From positions 1 to 64,000 of the IMG/VR virus record IMGVR_UViG_3300030090_005562: a DNA stretch of 64,000 nt; one strand, 5' to 3'. The DNA is from a virus. The translations under genes were made by a program, and so were the position numbers. Below the pieces are notes generated by a model. It searched no databases. It was not told the DNA's origin and saw only the letters and a program-made list of their open reading frames with translations. Below, piece by piece: positions 56,947-64,000 of this stretch (the first letter of the stretch is position 1; every line of letters begins with the position of its first letter).

Positions 56947-59900
56947 TTAACAGTCGGCTACATCCATCCATTTAACAGGACATGCACCAGATTGACCTGC
57001 ATCATGACCTAAAATTTGTGCTTTATTTTCGTTATACCCAGGTATACTGGTCCAGTCAAAAGTGCTGTTGTCACAGGGGTCTGACCTTCCTATAACAGGG
57101 GTTCCTGTCCCTGGCCCGCTGCCTCCTCCTGGAATACTTGGCGTCACGGCGCCGCAAGCTTGAACTTGAGCCCATCTAGTTTCAACCCCTACAGTTGGTG
57201 GTGCTTGAGTGTATATAATTCTTGTTGTGGCCGTTAAATCTAAACAGTCGGGGCTTGGAGAGCCTGTATTGTACGCCTCAAGGTCTGTAACAACGCAAAT
57301 CGGCATAAATTCTGCTTGCATAACAACCCATTCACATCCATCTGGATTAAAATAAGCAAATATGTGTTGCCCTGAACAAAGAGGCTGGCCAAGGCGATTA
57401 GTAACAACAAAAGGAGATTGGTCGTCTGAGCCATCTCCAACAGGAGTCGCCTGCTGTGTCCCTCCTGGGACTAAATCTCCGTTTAGCTTAGCGTAGACGA
57501 TTATATTTCTATCTTTTTGTTGAACTGGAGGCGGAACCCACATTTTTTTACAGTCGTCCCATCTCACATCTAGCGGGCCAGCTTTCCAAGTATCAGGCCT
57601 CACTAACCAATCATCAGCAAATTTGCATGGGTCATTTGGTTCAGCAGGGACAGGACTACCCTCTACATCATAGCCCCAACCAACTATCACAACTGGGCCC
57701 TTCATACCTAATGGTCTAATTCCATCCGGCTCTTGCACTCTTGGCTGCAAACCATCTGAAGGCAAAGATTGGTCAAAAACTAAAGTTCTTATATCGTTTC
57801 CAGGTAAGAACTCAGGTTTGACACTTGCAAGAGTTTTAGCAAAAGTACTTGTCATGAATGGATTAGCTGTTTGAGATGTAATTTCTATTTCACAGCCAGA
57901 AGACGGGTCTGGCGAACAGCAGGGAGAGTAAACACTTGATAACCCCGCATTGAAAGTTGGGCTATCTGGACAAACGCTGCATGGAGGACTGCCAAATTCA
58001 TAAACTGTGAAATCAGCATTTTGTTCTGTAATTTGATATGGCCTAAATAAGCCTTCTAATCCAACTCCGGCAGATTTTTTCCAAATCTTTCCATCTGGAG
58101 AAGGGTCCGCCTCTTCCATCATTTGACGTAAACTCTCAGCAACAACTGTAGTACATTTGCCATGGTCTGGATAATTTGCTGGTCTTTTTGGGTCTTCTGC
58201 AAAATCTAAAGTAATCGCAGCCAGCCCATTCATTGACGTTCCTTTGCGAAAACCCCCTCCTGGACCAAACTCTTTTCCGCCATGAGCATTAGCTTGTTTA
58301 TCCGCTACTTTACCACCCTCACCTCCTCCTCCAGCTTGAATAGCATTTCTTAAAATAGACCTCTGTCTTCTTTCAACGGCTTCTGTTCTAAAAGCTCTTT
58401 GGAATTTTTGTTGAGCCTTGGCCATCTTTTCCATAAACTCCAACCTGCTTTGAGCTAAATCTCCAAAATTTGGAACAAAAGTTCTAAAAGTAAGGCTTGT
58501 AGTTACGCCTCCAACGCCAAGATTAAAAGACACGCTTGTGCATGCCGCTCCACCTAAAGAGCTTCCCAATCCAGGCACTCCTGCGTCAGTAGGAAGGCCT
58601 GTGAATTTAGCGCTACCACTTTCAAGGATTGTTCTGCCTGAAGTTTTAAGCTCTGTTTGAGCATTTCCGGCGATGTTCATAAATCCTATGCCATTAAAAT
58701 TCCAAGGCGTTAAACTTTCATCTCTTTCATATTCAGCCGAGCCAGCATCTCCATCATCATCAGCCCAAGGGCCATAGCAAAGCTCTCGACTTTGAAGTGG
58801 AACAATAGCACCATCGGGCAAAACAGGCTCAGTAGCAAGTCCTAAGCCTAGCAAACTTGCTCCGCCCCATCTTTCTGTTAATATTTCCCGCAATGTCTCA
58901 AGTTCATCCTCGTCGAGTTCTCCGTCTGCATTCGCTTCGGTCAAGATTGGTAAGAGGGCATTAGCTAATCCAACGACAACACCGCCTGGAACACCGCAAG
59001 TTGGCTTATGCAGCCTAAGCCCTCCACTAACATCAATTATTGCTGCGTGCTGAAAAGGATTGCCTTGATTGTCAAGTAGACAATTATCGGGCTGTTTTGG
59101 GTTGTCGCAATTATACAATATGATTTCATCAACAGACGACTTTATATAATAGTATTCTTTTTCAGACCACCAATCAGTTTCTAGTCTAGCAACATCAACT
59201 GTAAAGCCTGCTGGAACATCATCTTTTTTATATCTAACAAATGAGCCCACCTTTCCTTCTTCTGTTTTAAATACTTCCAGGCCTATGCCATAAAAATCTA
59301 GCAATAGTATCTTTGCATTTTCATCATATGGCCATCCACCGTCTGTTTGCTCAAAGTTTTTTTGAGCATTTGGGGGGTCGCTTGTAGATGGACAACATAA
59401 AATTGGAGGTATTGTATCTCCACCCACATCCTTTGATTCTGTGGGTAATAGAACAGCAAATTTCTTGCCATAATATTGACCAAACGAAGAAACAAATTCG
59501 TGACAACTGTGAAGAGCGCTATCTTGGCACTGCCGAGCCGCTTTCGCCAGGATAGCCTCCTCAGACGCATCCTCTATCTCAGCCGCAGTTAAATTAACCA
59601 GCCCTCTGGTTAGATTAGCCGCTATCATCTGCCAATTTAAACCAGGAACGGGTTCAACGTCGATTAGGTCTTGAATTCTGTCTCTTGCAAAAACCACGCA
59701 ATATTCATACCAAACTTCAAAACTTTCCTCTGCTGCACGTATTTCAAGTTCAGTTATAAAAATTGTATCTGTGCTTAACTCTGAGGCAAATGGCTGCAAG
59801 GTTATATCAACATCAAACCCAAGGCCAAATGGAACGGTTGGAAAAAGAACATCTTCATGAAGCTCTGGACAAATTAACTCTCCTGTTGTAGGGTCATTTC

Positions 59901-61017
59901 CATAATACTGCCTTATTTGTCTAGGGGGTGGGTCGTCGTCCTCATCGTCAAAATCAAACGGCTCGGCTTCTTCTACTTGATAAATCAGGCTTTTAAATCC
60001 GCCATTCACCATAGCGTGAGTACAGGCTTCTCCTGCCTCAATACCATAGTTTAGACTTATTAAATTTCCAGTTGTGGCGCATTCTTCTTCAGATAAAGTA
60101 TTAGTAAAACCTAGAGAGCTTCTATTTATTGCTCTATACACAGAACCTCTAACAAGTTTATCTTGAGCTGGAAGCTCTCCCTCGTCGATATCAAATGCCC
60201 CAGGTGGAGCTTGGCGAGATACGGTTGGTCCGCCCTCACCAGTATCAGTAAATATTTTAATTATATTTATACCAATAAGCTCAACAAATATACGAAGGCC
60301 TTGAGCTTTAGCAGCTTTCTCAATTGCCGCCATGACATCAATGTTGTCGCCACTAAATCTTAAATCACATCCTGGAACTGAGCCAGCCACCAGCAGAGTG
60401 TAGTCAAATCCTCGATGATAAAATCTGTGGCCTTCGATAACTGATAATATCTGCGACCATGTTACGCCCACATCATTGCACCAGGACGCTGATTTTGGGA
60501 ATGATTCAAGATGTAAATTAATTAAATTTGGCGATGAAGTAAAAGAGTCGTCTAGTCCTTGTAATATAACTTGAGAATTTTTTAAAACGACAGTTGGGCT
60601 TTCCATTCTAACAGTATAACCACGCTTACTAACACTAGTAACGCGTTCAACATTTTTAATTAAGCCTCCATACTGAAAAGTTCCGTATCTAAAAACTTTT
60701 GGAGTGCCGACTTTGGGCATGATAAAATTATCCGCCTCGCCATCATTGTCTGTGCCCTCTCCGCTAAATTCCTCTGAACCGCTAGAATAACTTCTTCTTA
60801 CACTATTGGCACAGCTATCCTCCACTAGCTGAATACTTATATCGCTAGAATTTGTTCCAAAACCTAGCTTTCCGCTAAAGTCCGTGACTGTAGCGCCTAA
60901 AAATGTAGTTTGGTGATATGGGGACGTAATTAAATCAGGGCCACCCGGCGAAATCTCCTTTGAATACTCTGGAGGCGTGAGACCGCTTTCACTTTCTATT
61001 CCATCTTTTAAACCCAT
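56947..61017 (-). CDS. Putative tail tip / baseplate hub protein
   Basis: 1356 aa. Beta-rich N-terminus (FLGATV..F...GFG...I.LVED) and late hub-like segment (ESG...GLP...SVSFNL..GGVTT), in the structural block. Confidence 0.5.
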   Translation of the reverse strand: MGLKDGIESESGLTPPEYSKEISPGGPDLITSPYHQTTFLGATVTDFSGKLGFGTNSSDISIQLVEDSCANSVRRSYSSGSEEFSGEGTDNDGEADNFIMPKVGTPKVFRYGTFQYGGLIKNVERVTSVSKRGYTVRMESPTVVLKNSQVILQGLDDSFTSSPNLINLHLESFPKSASWCNDVGVTWSQILSVIEGHRFYHRGFDYTLLVAGSVPGCDLRFSGDNIDVMAAIEKAAKAQGLRIFVELIGINIIKIFTDTGEGGPTVSRQAPPGAFDIDEGELPAQDKLVRGSVYRAINRSSLGFTNTLSEEECATTGNLISLNYGIEAGEACTHAMVNGGFKSLIYQVEEAEPFDFDDEDDDPPPRQIRQYYGNDPTTGELICPELHEDVLFPTVPFGLGFDVDITLQPFASELSTDTIFITELEIRAAEESFEVWYEYCVVFARDRIQDLIDVEPVPGLNWQMIAANLTRGLVNLTAAEIEDASEEAILAKAARQCQDSALHSCHEFVSSFGQYYGKKFAVLLPTESKDVGGDTIPPILCCPSTSDPPNAQKNFEQTDGGWPYDENAKILLLDFYGIGLEVFKTEEGKVGSFVRYKKDDVPAGFTVDVARLETDWWSEKEYYYIKSSVDEIILYNCDNPKQPDNCLLDNQGNPFQHAAIIDVSGGLRLHKPTCGVPGGVVVGLANALLPILTEANADGELDEDELETLREILTERWGGASLLGLGLATEPVLPDGAIVPLQSRELCYGPWADDDGDAGSAEYERDESLTPWNFNGIGFMNIAGNAQTELKTSGRTILESGSAKFTGLPTDAGVPGLGSSLGGAACTSVSFNLGVGGVTTSLTFRTFVPNFGDLAQSRLEFMEKMAKAQQKFQRAFRTEAVERRQRSILRNAIQAGGGGEGGKVADKQANAHGGKEFGPGGGFRKGTSMNGLAAITLDFAEDPKRPANYPDHGKCTTVVAESLRQMMEEADPSPDGKIWKKSAGVGLEGLFRPYQITEQNADFTVYEFGSPPCSVCPDSPTFNAGLSSVYSPCCSPDPSSGCEIEITSQTANPFMTSTFAKTLASVKPEFLPGNDIRTLVFDQSLPSDGLQPRVQEPDGIRPLGMKGPVVIVGWGYDVEGSPVPAEPNDPCKFADDWLVRPDTWKAGPLDVRWDDCKKMWVPPPVQQKDRNIIVYAKLNGDLVPGGTQQATPVGDGSDDQSPFVVTNRLGQPLCSGQHIFAYFNPDGCEWVVMQAEFMPICVVTDLEAYNTGSPSPDCLDLTATTRIIYTQAPPTVGVETRWAQVQACGAVTPSIPGGGSGPGTGTPVIGRSDPCDNSTFDWTSIPGYNENKAQILGHDAGQSGACPVKWMDVADC

Positions 61018-61036
61018 TTTCCTGCTTCCTCTTTAT

Positions 61037-62833
61037 TTAACAATCTTGATAATTCCATGTAACACTTCTTGAATATTTTTTAGTCCAAACGTCGTAGTTT
61101 TCTTGGTCTGAAGTTCTGTAAACAACACCTCCTAATGGCTGGTATTGTAATATTTTATCTGTCACTGATTGAGTCATTGCGTCATACTCAGCGGTAGATG
61201 CCTCTGTTGATAATTGAATATCGATTGATATCGATGCCGATGCTATGCTTTGTGTTCCCATCGGCTGCAAAACTGGACCAGCAGACCTACCAGGAACTTC
61301 AATAACTGCAACTTTTGGTACGGGATTTTGGTAAACTATATTTATAGTTTCAGATATTGGGGCAACAGATAAGCCTAGATTATTCGTTCTTGTGTTAAAA
61401 ACAAAACTTAAATTTATTGTTCCCGCCTTTTCGTTTTTAGCAACTGTTTTTGAAATTGGGTGAGAATGAAGCGAACCCGAAGCTTCGCCATAAGATTTAG
61501 CCAACAAAAAAGCGTTTGCCTCTCCTGTACCTCCAGACCATTTTGAATTATATCTGGTTAAAGCATTAGTATATTTTGATACGGATATTACGTCATATTG
61601 CCCTGCCTGATTGTCTGACCCCCTTTCATCATACCCAGTAATATTACAGTTAACTGTGATAGTGCTTATGTTTCCTGTATAATCATAAGACTCATCTATA
61701 TCTACCTCTTCGATAACTTTGTTGTCAAATTGATTCGTATCTATTAATAAAAAAGTTTCTGTTATAGAATAAGAGCCTGAAGAGATATCTACATCTTGAG
61801 AACGAATAACATTCACAGGACTGTAATTAGTCAGTGCATTGTCACTTCCCTCTCTTGATAAAATTCCACCCCAGTCATTTTGTTGAAAAGTTGTAGCATT
61901 TTTTCTGTCTTTTTTATAGCCTTTAATTTTACCCTCTGGATTTCCAAGAATTTCTTCATAAGAAACATAATCTTTTGGGTCTCCGCCAACTCTAGCTCCA
62001 ACACCTACTCTAGATTGAACCCAAATTTTAGCATTTTCCCAAGCGTCTCTAATAAGTCCTCCAGGACTAATAGACCCTTCACTAACTGGACCATAAGCTC
62101 TTTTACCCGTAGCTGAAATACTATGACTCACTTCATAAATTGGAGACTGTTTTGCCGACGTTCCATCCGGAACAAACGACCCAAGAGAACCAAAGTCAGT
62201 TATTGCCGCATTAGAATCTGCTTCGCTTATAGACCAGCTTTCGCTAGCATCAGAAAGATAAATCCTGTGGTTGCCTTTATAGGAAAACCTTTCAGTAAAA
62301 TTTTCAGTTTCCTCTGTTGTAATGTTTAAATTAGCATTTTTAAAATCTTCAAGGCCAAGTGTATTTGATAAATCAGAAGTATGAAATATTTCATCGACCT
62401 CTAAAGTAACAGTATACGGCATGGGGTCAATATATCTGTTATCGTCTATGCTTACGCTAATTACCCTTGGAAAACAATAGTACCCTATGCTATAATTTCC
62501 GTTGCTGTCTTTTTTCCATGTTAAAAGATAAAGACCTCTTCCATCTCTAGAAAACAATTTTCTAATTGCAGACGCTTTATTGAAAAGAGAGTATTGAAGT
62601 TCTTCAGGCTCTGCTGATTGATTGGACGGCTCTTCATATTTTTGACCCAAGCCAGGAATAGATGTAAAAGTGCCTGTTTTAGTTGGAGAGCCCTTATGTG
62701 ACAAAAATGTTCCCTCTAGGGTTATAGAATAAGTTGCCCCTATTTTCTTTCCGTCGCTTCCTCTGACATAATCTTTGCTTATAGAAACAAGCGGAGCAGG
62801 GCTTAGGAGGTTATTGTCGTAATAAACTGGCAT
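61037..62833 (-). CDS. Putative tail/baseplate structural protein
   Basis: 598 aa of repeated beta-rich modules (YSITLEG, HSISATG, YSITETF), GGAGA RBS. Confidence 0.5.
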   Translation of the reverse strand: MPVYYDNNLLSPAPLVSISKDYVRGSDGKKIGATYSITLEGTFLSHKGSPTKTGTFTSIPGLGQKYEEPSNQSAEPEELQYSLFNKASAIRKLFSRDGRGLYLLTWKKDSNGNYSIGYYCFPRVISVSIDDNRYIDPMPYTVTLEVDEIFHTSDLSNTLGLEDFKNANLNITTEETENFTERFSYKGNHRIYLSDASESWSISEADSNAAITDFGSLGSFVPDGTSAKQSPIYEVSHSISATGKRAYGPVSEGSISPGGLIRDAWENAKIWVQSRVGVGARVGGDPKDYVSYEEILGNPEGKIKGYKKDRKNATTFQQNDWGGILSREGSDNALTNYSPVNVIRSQDVDISSGSYSITETFLLIDTNQFDNKVIEEVDIDESYDYTGNISTITVNCNITGYDERGSDNQAGQYDVISVSKYTNALTRYNSKWSGGTGEANAFLLAKSYGEASGSLHSHPISKTVAKNEKAGTINLSFVFNTRTNNLGLSVAPISETINIVYQNPVPKVAVIEVPGRSAGPVLQPMGTQSIASASISIDIQLSTEASTAEYDAMTQSVTDKILQYQPLGGVVYRTSDQENYDVWTKKYSRSVTWNYQDC

Positions 62834-62869
62834 TATATGATTTCTCCAAAAAATAGAATTCTATACATA

Positions 62870-64000
62870 CTATACACCACTTGCATTAATTGCTATTTGA
62901 GAACCCAAAATGAATAGGGATATATCCCCGTTTTTCAAAAACTGCTTAGTATAATACTTATAATCCGTGTCAAACTTCTCCTCCATAGCGGCTGGGCTGC
63001 AGACCTTATTTGACACAACAAGTTCATCTATTAAAAACTCGTCTTGTTGTTTCGGGTCAGCGCTTAAATTGTATCCAAGATTACTGTACGGAACCGAATC
63101 AGACCCTCTTTGTAAAAGACCTCCGACTTTAAGTTTTATATCATCTGTATCAGTTTTTACTTCGTATCCATCCCATTTTTGAGATACGTCAGTGATGGGT
63201 TTAATTTCAGGCATATATCCAGATTGCCCTGGATGCCCTTTTGCTGGAGAGGCAACTCTGACGAATGATTTGTATAGTTCTGTATCCACCCAATAATTTA
63301 TAAAATACCACCTATCGTCGTCAAACGGAATCATTAAGTCTGGAAGGTGTTCTTGAACTAATTCTCCGTCGTCATTGGTTTTCAAGATTCCGCCCATTCT
63401 TCCTCCTGCTGTAGTGTTTACAAAAGGAATCAGCCCTCCAAGAGTGTCGCTATTGGGTCGTAATCTATTTTCGCTATCAGACTTGAGTAAATTTTTAAGA
63501 GAATTAAAAGGCCCGTCTCCGCTCGCTTTAACGTTTGAATTATGACCGGCATAATAAATTGACCACTGACCAGATGTTGCCGTGGTACTCCCTGTAAAGC
63601 CAATCTCGCAGTTTCCTAATACCGACCTAATACCAAGTCCAAATGGAGTGGCGATTCCAGGTGCGGGGCCTTTTCTTTTTATCCAGAAAGATGTGGAAAC
63701 ACCTCTTCTTGGCGGAGTAAAGTTTCCAGCAGAATCAATATGCCCGTCTTTGGGCGTAATTCTATGCTGGTCACCAATAGACGGAGAGCCAGACTGTACC
63801 AATACAGTTCCATAATAAGGCGTTGACTGCTTGCCTTTAAATCTTGCTACTCCAGAACCGGTGAGGGATGACGATGGAAATCTATCGCTAGTTTGAAAAA
63901 ATCCAGATTCAGGGGTATAAGACCCAGGAAACGAGCTTTCAGCACCGGAACGCCATCCGCTAGCATATAATTTAAATCCATAATCCTGAGAATTATCATT
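62870..64000 (-). CDS. LamG/concanavalin-like domain virion protein, C-terminal part (5'-truncated by window)
   Basis: Frame is open to the window end. SFWIK...WYFI...VGG...IDELVV LamG pattern. Confidence 0.6.
   Translation of the reverse strand, partial: NDNSQDYGFKLYASGWRSGAESSFPGSYTPESGFFQTSDRFPSSSLTGSGVARFKGKQSTPYYGTVLVQSGSPSIGDQHRITPKDGHIDSAGNFTPPRRGVSTSFWIKRKGPAPGIATPFGLGIRSVLGNCEIGFTGSTTATSGQWSIYYAGHNSNVKASGDGPFNSLKNLLKSDSENRLRPNSDTLGGLIPFVNTTAGGRMGGILKTNDDGELVQEHLPDLMIPFDDDRWYFINYWVDTELYKSFVRVASPAKGHPGQSGYMPEIKPITDVSQKWDGYEVKTDTDDIKLKVGGLLQRGSDSVPYSNLGYNLSADPKQQDEFLIDELVVSNKVCSPAAMEEKFDTDYKYYTKQFLKNGDISLFILGSQIAINASGV
62871..62879 (-). promoter_or_regulatory. Candidate late promoter TGGTGTATA
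   Basis: Same 9-mer as 55001-55009, 38 nt upstream of ATG 62833. Confidence 0.45.

Noticed and set aside
138-63815. Many short antisense/overlapping ORFs in the six-frame track
   Set aside because: They are shadows of well-supported genes on the other strand or frame, with no recognisable motifs.
1-64000. Alternative genetic code (stop reassignment)
   Set aside because: Genes are full length in code 11. TAA (803), TGA (1174) and TAG (17228) all end genes at sensible, coupled positions.
1-64000. Cellular chromosome or eukaryotic giant virus origin
   Set aside because: DnaE/DnaB/DnaG, sigma70 promoters and SD sites argue against a eukaryotic virus. The dNMP kinase, divergent RecA, tail-like genes and lack of housekeeping or membrane genes argue against a bacterial chromosome. 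No capsid or terminase gene is in the window, so the phage call remains an inference.
45056-64000. Diversity-generating retroelement acting on the adhesin genes
   Set aside because: No reverse transcriptase and no near-identical TR/VR nucleotide repeat pair seen.
1-64000. tRNA/rRNA genes or intrinsic terminators
   Set aside because: Intergenic gaps are all under ~40 nt, and no cloverleaf or hairpin-plus-U-tract was recognised.

Overview
This is a 64 kb segment of a large (jumbo-type) tailed bacteriophage genome. It is AT-rich, almost wholly coding, uses the standard bacterial code and has many ATGA/TAATG gene overlaps. The + strand (1-45069) is one co-directional block in three parts. (1) A replication, recombination and nucleotide module: class II ribonucleotide reductase C-terminus, RecA-like recombinase, DnaB helicase, DnaG primase, dNMP kinase, PD-(D/E)XK nuclease, saccharopine-dehydrogenase-family enzyme, HNH nuclease, and a DNA polymerase III alpha (DnaE) split into two genes around a DEDDh exonuclease. 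(2) A ~25.6 kb glycan biosynthesis island of about 30 genes (17265-42843): GT4/GT2/GT8-like transferases, a GT29 sialyltransferase, KdsA, a DapA-family aldolase, a NeuA-type cytidylyltransferase, Fcl, RmlB/C/D, FdtA, a DegT aminotransferase, C- and O-methyltransferases, a sulfotransferase and a 2OG-Fe(II) dioxygenase. (3) An endonuclease, a Rad52-like annealing protein and a Whirly-like ssDNA-binding protein. The - strand (45056-64000) is a convergent putative virion module of Cys-rich, lectin-like (LamG, circularly permuted MAM, DUF2927-like) proteins, with a candidate TGGTGTATA late-promoter motif. GATC appears to be strongly avoided. No tRNA, rRNA, CRISPR array or intein was seen. All family assignments come from motif recognition by eye, not from database searches.
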